A stretch of DNA of 64,000 nt from Octopus vulgaris (Eukaryota), in the NCBI GenBank assembly GCA_951406725.2, contig OX597818.1, positions 33,480,001 through 33,544,000 of the forward strand, read 5' to 3'. Below the pieces are notes generated by a model. That model worked only from the letters and a program-made list of their open reading frames with translations, did not search any database and was not told the DNA's origin. Shown here in pieces: positions 1-13,880 of the stretch (its first letter is position 1; each line of letters opens with the position of its first letter). A program made the position numbers and the translations under genes.

Positions 1-374
1 CTTTAGATGTTATGTTCGTTCACAACTCAATCTTAATTACTATTCATATATTAAAAGAATGGTTGAAAGAAAAAGCATTGTATACTGGTATATGGTAAGT
101 CAATAAACCCAACGTCCTTGTCTGGATAATAATTACGTATTTGCAAAGATAGTTACAATATGGCTAAAAATGCATTTCTTTTTTGTGTTTTTTTTTACTT
201 ACGTTGACCTGAAAGTGTCGACTGTTGATCAAATCTTGGCGGCCAGTTTTAGTTTAAAGTAATAAAGTATTCTGATCAAAGAAGCAAAAATACGTATAAA
301 TTAAATGAATCTAAACTCATTATACACAAATTACATATTTTAAACATAGTGTTGTAGAGTTGTACAAAATATGT

Positions 375-408
<34 letters not shown>

Positions 409-409
409 C

Positions 410-448
<39 letters not shown>

Positions 449-1115
449 TACAATGAGTGAGAGGGAGAGCCTAACGGCAATTTAAATCGAACTTCTATCT
501 GCTTTGTCGATCTGAAATGAATGATTTACTTACATAGGAAATAAAGCATACGGCATGACAGCTGAATATTCGTTTTAACAGAGAGAATTAAATTTAATGA
601 ATGTAAAATCATTAAATGTAAGATTAACAACAATATCAGAGACATCCGTAGATAAGGAGAATAGTATTAACATAATACAGAGTATATAAGTCAGAATTAT
701 TTGCTCTGAAGTGTCAACTACAATATAAGTTTGATTATCACTAAGTTTTCGTATATTAAATTGTAAATACTTTACATATTTGCAATCGGTCGGCGAATAA
801 AATTCAACACACACAAAGCACAAACACATACACACACAAACAATATACATAAAATATACATGCATACATGTATACGCACACGAACAGTCACGTATGTGTG
901 TGCGTATGTGTACATGTATTTATCTTAATTCACCGCGAAAATTTCGTAAAATTAATCAGTAAAATGTCATAAATTTAAACGTATCGAATTGTTATCAATC
1001 AAATATATTCCCAAGCAATATTGAAAAGTATGGTTCCATTTAAGCATTTGCACGCGTCAATAAAAGTTTCTGGACATATTTATGTGTATGTATATATGTA
1101 TATACATATGTGGAG

Positions 1116-1411
1116 GCAGTTTCGATTCCCAGACCGGGCGTTGTGAGTGTTTATTGAGCAAAAACACTTAAAGATCCACGAAGATCTGGCAGGGGGTTGT
1201 GGCGAACCCTGCTGTATTCTTTCACCACGAATTTCTCTCACTCTTTCTTCCTGTTTCTGTTGTATCTGTATTTCACAGTGGTCAGTCTTGTAACGCTGCA
1301 CCTCTCCGAGAACTACGTATCTGTGGAATGCTCAGCACGTCAATTTCAAGAGCAGGCTGTTCTGTTGATTGGATTAACTGGAACCCTCGTCGTCGTAACT
1401 GACGGAGAACC
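1116..1411 (+). mobile_element. 5'-truncated tRNA-derived SINE
   Basis: B-box-like TTCGATTCC. The 5' part matches the fuller copy at 38826-39125. The 3' part (GAGCAGGCTGTTC...ACTGGAACCCTCGTCG) matches 18250-18300. Confidence 0.75.
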
Positions 1412-1436
1412 GTAATATATATATAATTATATATAT

Positions 1437-3208
1437 ATAACATAAGGGACTAAAGCCATCTGAATATGGCTAGGGACAGGGCAGGGTGGTGGGGGTGTTA
1501 CTGTTGCATTTAGCCCCAGGCGAACATCGACGTCACCAGAAAGGCTAGACACCGTCACGGTGTCCTTATCCTGCAAAGGGAGGTAATTCCCCGATGAAGC
1601 GGAAACCACACACGGATCATGGTTTCAAGGTGTATTGCCTATCGTCGGCGTGTGGTAGGCTTCCGCTTCCTCGACGAATTCTCACTCTGCAGGATATTCA
1701 TATATAGATTTTCAAGCAAAATACATTTGCTGATTTCGAAAATCTGTTCGAAAGCAATAATAATTCTCTAAAAGAGATATAGACAGTAACTGCTCGATAA
1801 CATAAGGGACTAAAGCCATCTGAATATGGCTAGGGACAGGGCAGGGTGGTGGGGGTGTTACTGTTGCATTTAGCCCCAGGCGAACATCGACGTCACCAGA
1901 AAGGCTAGACACCGTCACGGTGTCCTTATCCTGCAAAGGGAGGTAATTCCCCGATGAAGCGGAAACCACACACGGACCATGGTTTCAAGGTGTATTGCCT
2001 ATCGTCGGCGTGTGGTAGGCTTCCGCTTCCTCGACGAATTCTCACTCTGCAGGATATTCATATATAGACTTTCAAGCAAAATACATTTGCTGATTTCGAA
2101 AATCTGTTCGAAAGCAATAATAATTCTCTAAAAGAGATATAGACAGTAACTGCTCGATAACATAAGGGAATAAAGCCATCTGAATATGGCTAGGGACAGG
2201 GCAGGGTGGTGGGGGTGTTACCGTTGCATTTAGCCCCAGGCGAACATCGACGTCACCAGAAAGGCTAGACACCGTCACGGTGTCCTTATCCTGCAAAGGG
2301 AGGTAATTCCCCGATGAAGCGGAAACCACACACGGACCATGGTTTCAAGGTGTATTGCCTATCGTCGGCGTGTGGTAGGCTTCCGCTTCCTCGACGAATT
2401 CTCACTCTGCAGGATATTCATATATAGACTTTCAAGCAAAATACATTTGCTGATTTCGAAAATCTGTTCGAAAGCAATAATAATTCTCTAAAAGAGATAT
2501 AGACAGTAACTGCTCGATAACATAAGGGAATAAAGCCATCTGAATATGGCTAGGGACAGGGCAGGGTGGTGGGGGTGTTACCGTTGCATTTAGCCCCAGG
2601 CGAACATCGACGTCACCAGAAAGGCTAGACACCGTCACGGTGTCCTTATCCTGCAAAGGGAGGTAATTCCCCGATGAAGCGGAAACCACACACGGACCAT
2701 GGTTTCAAGGTGTATTGCCTATCGTCGGCGTGTGGTAGGCTTCCGCTTCCTCGACGAATTCTCACTCTGCAGGATATTCATATATAGACTTTCAAGCAAA
2801 ATACATTTGCTGATTTCGAAAATCTGTTCGAAAGCAATAATAATTCTCTAAAAGAGATATAGACAGTAACTGCTCGATAACATAAGGGAATAAAGCCATC
2901 TGAATATGGCTAGGGACAGGGCAGGGTGGTGGGGGTGTTACCGTTGCATTTAGCCCCAGGCGAACATCGACGTCACCAGAAAGGCTAGACACCGTCACGG
3001 TGTCCTTATCCTGCAAAGGGAGGTAATTCCCCGATGAAGCGGAAACCACACACGGACCATGGTTTCAAGGTGTATTGCCTATCGTCGGCGTGTGGTAGGC
3101 TTCCGCTTCCTCGACGAATTCTCACTCTGCAGGATATTCATATATAGATTTTCAAGCAAAATACATTTGCTGATTTCGAAAATCTGTTCGAAAGCAATAA
3201 TAATTCTC
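1437..3208. repeat. 360-bp tandem repeat, ~4.9 near-identical copies, strongly structured monomer
   Basis: Lines at 1441, 1801, 2161, 2521 and 2881 repeat at an exact 360-bp period, with only about 4 variable positions. The left flank is (TA)n. Confidence 0.98.
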
Positions 3209-3411
3209 CTTTGTCACTTGCATTATATATTTGAAAAACTAACTGTTAAAATCGAACTGCACTCTTCAAAACTTGCACTAAGAATAAGTACAAGGTAAAA
3301 TTACTACTTGCTGTTATAGAAAGTTGATGCAGATAGTTTATCCCGTTCCCTTCAAACTTTTAGTTCATGCAATTGAAAAAAAACCGCATTATTTATGGGA
3401 TGACACAACAT
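3209..3411 (-). mobile_element. Terminal fragment of a mariner-type DNA transposon
   Basis: GTTTATCCCG...GCAATTGAAAAA.CCGCATTA..TGGGATGAC matches the terminus (33765-33833) of the mariner remnant. Confidence 0.6.
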
Positions 3412-6400
3412 ATATATTATATACTATGTTTTGATTGAAAAAGACAAAGATTACAGAAAGAAAATTATTAACTCAGTATATTCTTTGATGTATTAGACTC
3501 TAGAACATTTTTTAGAGAATAAACAAGGAATCTGCAGAAGTTAATAATTATGTCTACAAATTACTTGTAAAAATATATATCTTGTAATTTTAAAACATCG
3601 GATTGAACCCTCTATAGAGTCATTGCAGGTTATAAATATTCCACTGGATCTGTATATGTAAACAGTGTGTTTAGCTTTTGTGTTTAACTATGGCACTTCC
3701 GAATTGTCACCGCATCTAGCTACCCTCCGCAGAAATATCATCCGATTTTATTCCGCCAAAAAAATTATCATCCCAGCTTGCAAGGAATGTAATTTGTATA
3801 AATAAGATACTATAAATATATTCCATTGTGTTAAGCATCTTTATTGTGAAAAGATTTAAGAAAAAAATGAATATATACCGCGTTCCAAAAATTTACTAAA
3901 GCTTTACTAATTATACGGATAATACTTCAAAATTCACTCTGCCAAGCAGTAAGAGTATCGGTAAAAAGAAATGCACATTTTATCCAAGGTTAACTGAAAC
4001 AACAATTACTCAACATTCCAAAATACAGTAAGTGGTGCATATTTAAAGAATACTAACAGGAACCAATAAAAATCCCTAGACTGAAAAAAACTATCATGCC
4101 ACATGAAATCTTGTAGGTAAGAATTTAAAAGGTTTCATTGTCAGTCACTAATTATTTTAGATTAATTCATGTGCTTACTCTAATGTGATTCCTTTGTTAA
4201 TGAGTGCATAACTGTATCACCTTCAGAGAATTGAAACGCAGTTTTGTGCAATTTATCCAGCAACATAAATATTGAGGTATACTTCTCATCATCATTGTTC
4301 GACCGTGGTCGAGACAATGGAATTTACCATGTTGCGCCAGACTTCACGGTCCATCATAGCATTACGGAGGTACAACAATGTCCAGCAAACTGGACTCTCC
4401 TACCCTTCACAAGAGATGACACAGGTGGTAATTTCCCATATATTTGCATTTTAGTTGGTATACTTCTAGTTAATCACCATGAATGAGTAATCATTGTTAA
4501 AGCTCTTTGAGTATTATAGGAATTATCTGTTTTAATGATTTATTTGTAACCAATTGAAGTAGTCTACTGATATCGAGACTACCGATTGGTGCACGTCCAC
4601 AAAGATGTTTCGGCTTATGAGATATGCAAGTTTCATAAATTTCTTCAGTGATTCCCAAGTCTGCCAAATTTTCATTGATTTGCTTCAATGCACACAACAT
4701 AGATTTTCCCCAAAATGTTGAGACAATCAATACTCGTTTTCTGAGAAAGAGCTAGCGACCTGCCGCCGCTGTTTCTCAAACATGTTTGTTTCAATGATAT
4801 GCAGCATGAACCCAATTCTAAAGAGAGTTATTGTTTTAGGCCTAGAGGAAAGCAGTCTTTTGCGACGGTTTTCTTAGAAAGCTAAATTTGAATATTAAAT
4901 ATACTGTCTTCTTCATTCAATTGTTATATTTATTTCACACTTTAACTGTATTTTGCTCAAGTCAGCATCCTAACATTGGAAGACCTATCTCACAACAGCG
5001 ATAGCGTAAAAATTTGGAAGTTACTGCGGTACATGGTCGACTAAGGACTATAAATATGAAAGAAATTTTGGAAGACCATTTATTCTTGTTTAGTAAAACA
5101 CATCAGGGTTCTAACCTCATCTTTACCTCCCCTAAAATTTATTGTCGCAAGTATTGCCCCCTCATTCAAAGATATTCCACCTGAAGAAATGTTACGATTT
5201 TTCAGGTAATCCCGATGTAGTCTTTATCCAGCAGTTACATTAACAACACATATCTTAAGAATCAAGCTTTTAAAGAAATTACCAGTCGAGTCGACAAGGT
5301 ATATGTTAGACAAATGACACTTTAAGCAAATTAAACACTTGAGGGTCATCATAAAAACCTAGTATAAACAACTATAACATTACTTTTCGACGTCCAAGTA
5401 TCTTTCCTATCGCACTTCTAAACACTCTTACCAATAACAAAGGCAAACCTTATAACTTTTGAAATTAAATACAGGTAATAGTTAATGAAATGTTACTTCT
5501 TATGAGGAATTTAAGAACTTTTCAAGTAAATTTATTACTAATCTTATTAAATCGGAAATTCGTCCACTTTATTTTAGCTAATTTAGAAGTTGAGCTATTA
5601 TTAACAAGAACAACGCAGCTCAACAATGGGTCCATTTGAAAAGAATTTAATTAAACACAAGAACACCTAACATACGTAACATTAATATGTTACTCCATAC
5701 TCATTATTTAACACTTCCTTCTTGTACCATTCAATTTGCTCTTTCTTTATGTCTTTCGATCTCTATATTAATCAGTTAACATGTGCATGCGTTTCAAACC
5801 GGGTGTTCGATATTCTATACAACCTTTCCCTGAATCATTTCCTAATTATCTGTCTCCCAGGCACTTTAGCTTTCTTTCTTACGCTCTCTTTCTCTGTGAT
5901 ATTCTATTTTTCTATATCTTTCTATTAACACAAAACTTTAAATTCAGATGTGGACGTATTCATTAGACTATGCATCATCTACATAGTAATATGGACATCT
6001 GCGCTTCTCTGTATGCCACACTTGACGGCGTAGCTTGTCAGTCTGCTTGTCTGTTTGTCTGTGTCGAATGGAAAAGAACAACTCATTCATAGTGTTCGAC
6101 AACTGCATTTTGCTTGTCAAATTGAAGACATAATTGATGATGCCTTAAGAAGCAATGGCTTCTCGTATGTACATCTTGCATTTCCTCCACATTCTCTTTT
6201 ACTTATGTACATCTGACGTTGTGGATTTTGTTGTAGTTGTTCAGCGCCAGGCCTGACCTGATAGGGTAGATCTATTTTCAATAGAATTTAAGAACTACAT
6301 TGCCCAATGGACTTTTCCTTATCTAAGATACTGTGGTATCATTTGAAAGAGAAATTGAGGTCGAACAAACACGCAAAAGCTCCCTCATACAAGGCGAATG

Positions 6401-7509
6401 CACATCATGGCTCTGACAGTTACTGTTTTGCACAATCTTATCATTCTAGTATCCTTTCAGTACAGATTTGATGATTGGTGCATGTTTGGTACTTCTTGTA
6501 ATTTCTCAAGACATGAGCTCTTAGTTGTTCAATCAGCTGAACTGCCTGATTAGTTGATTAGCCTGTGAAGCGAGTGTTCCAGAGACTCAGGTAATCCTAA
6601 CATAATTCTCAGACAGAATCGGTTTCAAGTCGAATTGAAACTATATATCAGCGACCAACAGAATATAATACGGTGCTTAGATTTTTAGTAGTTGAAATAT
6701 TTAAGCTGTGAGTGAGTGACCATCCCCCGTTTCGTTCGATCTGCTACATATACCAGCCAGCCTTTCTTCAAAATACATCCCCAGTCCTAAAAATGAAAAG
6801 AACTGATTATATCAATAACACTAGATACAGCGTCTTAAAGAGAAAAAGTCGGAATGATTGGTGAATGGGTCACATTTGATCATATATTTACTCACCTAAA
6901 CCTACACAATAACTTCTCTATATGAATGTAATAAAATTCTGTGATTTAGCTGTAACTAACGAAGTCACCTATTAGAAAAACAAAATACTGTATTTAATTT
7001 TCTCTCCAGAAATTGTTTCTGTTGAAATTCTGCCAAGATCTGCCTTGTTTTATATTTCTCTGGGTGTCAATAGAATAAGTAACAATAACATACTAGACGT
7101 AATTTTGTCTGTCATAAAAGTTGGCCTTGTTTACTTTATTAGAAGTAAGGAAAGTAACTGATTAACAGGGGAATACCGGTTTGTGCTTAGAAGATAAAGT
7201 GATGGATTAAATAATTTATGTGATATAGCTGTTATCTTACTGAGTTTAAATCCAGTGATGATAGACTTCGTTGCTTTATCATTCTGATACAATTAAAGTA
7301 AGTACTAGTTGCCCAAAGTGGTAGTATGGCGCATAGTTAATTCTGATATTTTCTACAAAATAAGACAGAGACTATTCTAGAGAGAATATTGGTTGCAAAA
7401 TGGTAAAGATTCTATACTTTGTGCAAGTGAGAAGTTTCCAAGAGGAAATAATTTTGTAGGATAAATCAAGTAGAACAATGAGAGAACGAGAGAAGAAATA
7501 AAAAATATA

Positions 7510-7750
7510 TGAAATTTCTGAGAGTTGTACCATATATTCTTCGAATCATAGCAGGCTGAGCTCTCAGAGAGCGAAGTACTGGAAGAAATATTTCAAGGTA
7601 TATAACCCGTCCTTTAAGTAGTTCTGTCCATTCAGTGCCTAGAATTCGTAATTTTTTATCGAATCCAAACTGAAGAAAGTACATGTTGCTCAGATTTGGC
7701 GCTTGTAGCAGACAATGCGAAAGAATACAGAACGTAGAGCGTCTGTAACC
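7510..7750 (-). pseudogene. Highly decayed RTE-like LINE ORF2 C-terminal remnant
   Basis: The peptide GTEWTELLK...SLRAQPAMIRRIYGTTLRN resembles the RTE 'YGxETW' and 'QRAMERRMLGITLRD' motifs. Judged by eye only. Confidence 0.35.
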
Positions 7751-7901
7751 CAATTACTTCATTCACAGTCGAATGTGTTTTCATGAAAGTCATCTTGGAG
7801 GGGATTTTCCCGAGAATTTTTGCGTAGAGTATATCTTCACACTTCTTAGTGCAATCGAAGTTCTTAAATATTGCTTTACACAAATATATGTGTGTGTGCG
7901 A

Positions 7902-7951
<50 letters not shown>

Positions 7952-8067
7952 CCTATAAAGTAGTTTTCTAAACAGGGCCTGTAACGCTACTAGTCCGTAG
8001 TAAAATAAATGCTGAACAACATTATTCGAATCTTATATTGGATCCTCATCAGAGGCGTCTACGTCAA

Positions 8068-8107
<40 letters not shown>

Positions 8108-8539
8108 GACAAGCACACACATGCACACGCCCTGGCACACAAACACATAGACATGCACATAAATATAATGTACCCGTCGCTTGTTGATAGAAGCAACAAA
8201 ACATATTCAATCCATTGAGAGATAAGTATCAGTCAATGAATACAGGTGTTAAATGTGAGCTATTTCAAGTTTCATGCCTATATAGTGCAATAATCGGACG
8301 TGCTTATATAGTGAACCATGTAGGATCTGGCAATAGCTCAAGCTCAAAAGATAAGGCTTCTCTCGAAATGCGAGTAAAGAATTAGAAAAATATGCGTAAA
8401 AACAAAACGAGAAGAAAACGTTTTAAGGGAAAGGAGTAATGACTGTGTCCCTTTGGTCCGTTACGTGAACCATATAGTTAACATTGATAGACTGCTTCTA
8501 AATCAAACTGTATCCCATGGGTCGAATGTAGGAAAAGCT

Positions 8540-8870
8540 AGTGCGTTAAGCTGTGTGTCCAATCCTCTGAAATGGAGGTTTTCCAGTTCGATAATAGAAA
8601 CTTGTCAAGAAGCGTACATCATTTTTTTTTAAATATGAGATTTTGAGTTTGAAAGATCGATACGGTTCTTCGATCTTATAGAAGCTGCGAATTGTTTTAG
8701 CTCCACAGAGTCCGAACTTTTTGACCCGTTAGTATATATCCAATAGCTACTGACACTGCTCCATTTGATGTATGGTATATTGTTGCTGGTTTTGTGCTTT
8801 TCTTCTTGGCCACGTGCTTCAAAGAAGATTAGTAGTTGACATAACTCTTTTTGAAACCACTTTCGCACAG
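8540..8870 (-). pseudogene. Possible decayed retroelement RNase H remnant
   Basis: WIYTNGSK resembles the RNase H 'IYTDGSK' motif. The rest is degenerate. Confidence 0.3.
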
Positions 8871-9725
8871 TCTAATATAATTTTTTATGTTGGTTCCCAT
8901 ATTTTATAGAACTGAGATGACCTCAGCTTCAAACACGACTGACCTAAGCATACATGCTTCTTCTTCAACGGGCAAGCATCTGTGTGCTTTGGTGCATATG
9001 TTTTTTGATCTGTTATCCTGCCTTAAATTCTAACGTGTGCATATATGCATTTCTCACTATGTCAGCATTCACACGTTAACTCCGCGTTTATGTATGTTCG
9101 TGTGTTACTGTGCACATGTGAGCTTGTACATGCATCTCTTAGGGTTTCCTTTTTCCTTCCTTTTTATATCGGCTTTTTCTCGTGTAGAAAGTCATAAATA
9201 AATAGGGTCTCATGTTCCGAAATGGAGCCTAACCATCTAAGTAACACCGTCATGCTAACAACAAATGACTTTCTATTCCGTTGACGCGGTTGTCAATGAG
9301 ACACCTCGATGTTGCTGCATTCATTTACATGCTGATATTTGCAGCAAACACAACAGAGTAAATCTATTATTGGAATAGATAAAAATACACCCGTTGCATT
9401 GATGTATTAATCTATCTGCTTTTCGTGTTGTCACTACTAGGGAATTTCCTCATCAATATTTTACGAACGTCAAAGTGTCAATTACTTTCCGTACTTTCTT
9501 AAGTTCTACTGTCTTAAACTGCTCTCTCTCTCCCTCTCTCACCCTCTCTCACTTTCTCTATCAGCCTCACTCTCTTTTTCCCTCACTGTCTCTCTCTCTT
9601 TCACTCTCTTACTCTTTCTCTCTCTCTCTCATTATTTGCGTATGTGTGTATATATCTATCTATTTATCTATGCGTCTGTCTGTTTGTCTATCTATATATA
9701 TTCATAGACAGAAAGAAAGATAGAT

Positions 9726-9774
<49 letters not shown>

Positions 9775-9940
9775 CGTACATATATACAAACATACATACA
9801 TACATATATACATTCATACATAGGAACGTAGATAGATAGATGATAGAAAGAAATCTGACAGACAGACAGGCGTATATATACATATACTCATAAACATATA
9901 TGTATGTATGCATGCGTGCATGCATGTATGTATGCATGCT

Positions 9941-9972
<32 letters not shown>

Positions 9973-10292
9973 TGTATGTATGTATGTATGTATGTATGTA
10001 TGTATGTATGTATGTATGCATGAATGCATGTATATGCGTTTATATAGTCTGCAGTACAGGCATGAAATATGCAGCAAATTCCATTTGCCAATGATTCAGC
10101 AATAGAATTTTGATGAAGTCTTTCGACATCGTTAATTCTGTGGAGTATTGCAACTAAATAATGAATATCGTGTATCGCCTTTTCGTTACATAAATATCCT
10201 GATGTGAAAGTGAATAACATATCAAGGCCATAGTATTGAGTAAGAAGAGCATGTTAGAGCGTGCATTTAGGTATTGACAGGTGTCGATTCTG

Positions 10293-10337
<45 letters not shown>

Positions 10338-10399
10338 CGTGTGTGTGTGTATGTATGAATGTATATATATATGTGTATATATATATATATATGTATATA

Positions 10400-10508
<109 letters not shown>

Positions 10509-10552
10509 TGGAGTAAGCATAAACATGCGAAACATTTAGATTCTAAACAAAA

Positions 10553-10590
10553 CTGTCCGACGAACGGGAACGCGAAACTCTGAGTAGCAG
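10553..10590 (+). ncRNA. Minimal type I hammerhead-like motif (U4C core, 10.1-11.1 mismatch)
   Basis: CTGT-CCGACGA-ACG GGAA CGC-GAAA-CTCTGA-GTA-GCAG. Stem I is CTGT/GCAG, stem III is the palindrome ACTC.GAGT, and the triplet is GUA. Confidence 0.65.
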
Positions 10591-10631
10591 ATTTTGTGAT
10601 ATTTTTGCTCCTTTTTATAAAGTATATGCAT

Positions 10632-10695
<64 letters not shown>

Positions 10696-11120
10696 AAAGT
10701 GTATGTACGCCGCTATATACACTGTATAGCCTCGCAATTTCCGCTGATTAATCTTGAGATTGCTCCAATCTGGACAGCCCCGAGGAAAAACTAAGCTAAG
10801 GGCATTACATTCCTTGCCTGAGGATAAAAGGCTTCAAATGACCCGTCCTTGTTTTTTAGCATCGTCTATCTGGATATTTTGTTGTCCCTTTTTGTATCAC
10901 CTAGTTGTCCGGATGCTTTGCGTTCTTGTCTCAATTTGTATCTCATATAACCGAGTTAGTAAATGTTTTTATCTTCATTTCACTAAATTTATCTAGCTTC
11001 TGTGTTCCTAGCACATATTTCGCCTTAATGTACTGATATATGAAAAATATATGGCTTGTGCTAGAAATACCAGCGATAATAATTATTTTTATTTTATCGC
11101 AATTTGACTTGTTTATATAA

Positions 11121-12279
11121 TCTTTATATATATAAAACTGAGAATGTGTGTCTGTCTGTCTGTCTGTCTGTGTGTTTCCCTAAAGCTTGAGAACTACACA
11201 ACCAATTTCATTCAAATTTTACACATGCCTTACTTAGGGTCCGGTAAGTGTCATCGGCAAAAAAATTTTGAACTTTTTGCCTAGGGCGAGCCCACATCAA
11301 TTTCATATCTTCTCCACTACGATTCCATAAAACTTGAGAACTACACAACCAATTCCATTCAAATTTTACACATGCCTTACTTAGGGTCCATGTTCAACTT
11401 CTTGCCTAGAGCGAGCCCATAGCAATATCATATCTTCTCCACTATTTCAGTATTACGTGTTAAAAGTGAAACAAAAACGTTTCTCTATTTTATGTCAGAT
11501 ACTTTCACTTTAACAATAAAAATAATAATAACAATTGAATTATATGTAGTAAGTAATAATTAAAATCAAACTAAAGTCTAGTAACATAACAAAAGTAAAA
11601 ATAGCAATTGGTATAAAATTGCATCAATGATTTGAACTTGAATAAGTGGTTTCACATGAATGGGAATAAATTTAAAATAAAATTAGCGTGCAGAAATGGA
11701 ATAGTCCAGATGAATAATAAAAAAATTAAATCAAAGAAAACACTATTGTCTATAAAGTATACAATGTAGAGAAAAAAGAATATTTGAACACCTGGAGGAA
11801 AGCACCTTCGAAAAGTGTCTTGGTGCGACTATGAAATGTATCTAATCAGAGGCGGTAAATTCGCCACAATAGAAGCAAGGTTCGAGTCAACGGAGCGTGC
11901 AAGGGAGTACTCGACTCGAACTTGCAAAGTGGAAATATTTTATTTTTACCTATATATCTGGGACGTAGGACGTCCCGGAAAAAAAATTAAGAAACCCACC
12001 CCCACCAAGAAGTAGAAGTAGGCTGGATTGTAGCCAAACTTCTATACAAGAGGGAGGACAAGATACAATTGATCGAAACTACAAGAGAAGGGCTAACAAT
12101 TCCAGTCTGTTATATATTTTGAGTATTGTTATCACTAGCGATATCAAGATATAACTTTGTACTTTGTATTTTATGTGTAGATGCATATATATAAATGTAC
12201 ATGTAATATGTACACATATATATACACATATATACATGCACTAGCACTATGACCCGGCAACGACGGGTCTTTAATGCTA

Positions 12280-12280
<1 letters not shown>
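11121..12280 (+). mobile_element. Non-autonomous Helitron
   Basis: A|TC 5' end, internal (TCTG)n, subterminal hairpin GACCCG-GCAACGA-CGGGTC, CTAG|T 3' end, no TSD. A second copy lies at 60662-61582. Confidence 0.85.
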
Positions 12281-12353
<73 letters not shown>

Positions 12354-12354
12354 A

Positions 12355-12520
12355 TGCGCAGGAGTGGCTGTGTGGTAAGTAGCATGCTTACCGACCACAT
12401 GGTTCCGGGTTCAGTGACCCTGCATGGCACCATAGGCAAATGTTTTCTACTATAGCCTCGGGCCGACCAAAGCCTTGTGAGTGGATTTGATGGACGGAAA
12501 CTGAAAGAAGCACGTCGTAT
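12355..12520 (+). mobile_element. tRNA-derived SINE, 5' portion
   Basis: Head GCGCAGGAGTGGCTGTGTGGTAAG...GGGTTCAGTGACC. Same family as 49853-50275. Confidence 0.8.
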
Positions 12521-12523
12521 ATA

Positions 12524-12570
<47 letters not shown>

Positions 12571-13731
12571 TTGTGAGTATGTGTTTGTGTGTGCATGTGT
12601 ATGTATTTATATATGTATTCATCTATGCATGTCTTCATTGCGTTTATGTATTGGTATATGTCTGGAATTACCTATTCAAAATAAAATTATTAGGAATAAT
12701 AGGTTATTATCTAATGTTATTGTCTGTGCAAACAATATGTCGTCGTAGACATGGTTTGGAATCCATTACTTTCGGACATTTATGAAACGTGTACTATTGT
12801 ATCCATTGCCATCATGTTTCCTTGCACTTGCAGACTGTACACATGCATAGCGGCTAACCATCATCCTTTACCAAAATGCATCCTTGACCTAGTCCCTGAG
12901 AATGTTCATTTTTACACCAGCACGTACACTCTAAATTTTTTGACTGAGAAAATATCATCACTGATGCAATACATCATGCCAACCGTACGAAGAGATTAAA
13001 CATATAATAGGTCAGACTATGAAACCCTTCAGACACAGCAAAACTATGGCCACAGCTCAACTGACCTAAGGATGTATGCAATTGTGTCCACAGTTTTACT
13101 CAGTGTATCGCACATAATGCATTATAAGTGGGAGAGATTAGCGCATCTATTCACAAACTGTATAGATGCCTTAAAAACCATGTTGAAATGTTTCCTGTGT
13201 TTGAAAATATCTAGAGAGATGACATGAACAGATCATCTCATTAACCAGCAAATATACATCAGTAAGGAATGAGAAGGCTGAAGTTATTAAAAACATCTTA
13301 AACACAATATGGGCTACATGCGTGTATGAAGACGCTATGCTAATTCGTTAGCATAAAAATACCAAACTTATAACTTAACTCTCTATCAAAACAAAATCTG
13401 TTCAAATCAGTCTCCATTTTCCTCCTGATAAGTACATTTAAACCTGAAATACGGAAATACACTCTAAAAGATTTAACTATTGCTTTCGGCGTATTTTTAT
13501 TCTAATTCTCTCTTTCCATTTGGATTGACGTAACTTTCTAAAGTACTTTTATTTTTAGTTCATATTCACTTCACTGCTCAATATATTCGTTTTACATAGA
13601 CACACATATGTATCAAAATACAGAAGGATCAAAGGTTCTTCCCGAGTTATATGCTTCTAAGTTCGGTTTCCGGTTTCTGCGGCTTATATATATTCCTTCA
13701 TGGACCGAACTCTGCTACATTGCAGGGATAC

Positions 13732-13880
<149 letters not shown>

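Noticed and set aside
1950-1990. CCGATGA-AGCG-GAAAC..TGGTT in the 360-bp unit looks like a hammerhead core
   Set aside because: There is no stem II between the core halves and no stem I pairing. These bases pair better in the long rod.
1427-3049. Repeated 85-aa minus-strand ORF in the 360-bp array
   Set aside because: It has a non-ATG start and no recognisable domain, and is simply a by-product of the repeat.
1437-3208. CRISPR-like interpretation of the tandem arrays
   Set aside because: Whole units repeat with no unique spacers, and there are no cas genes.
4497-4730. GRAPIGSL resembles the Penelope RT 'G.P(M/I)GSP' motif
   Set aside because: It is a single short motif with no supporting neighbouring motifs.
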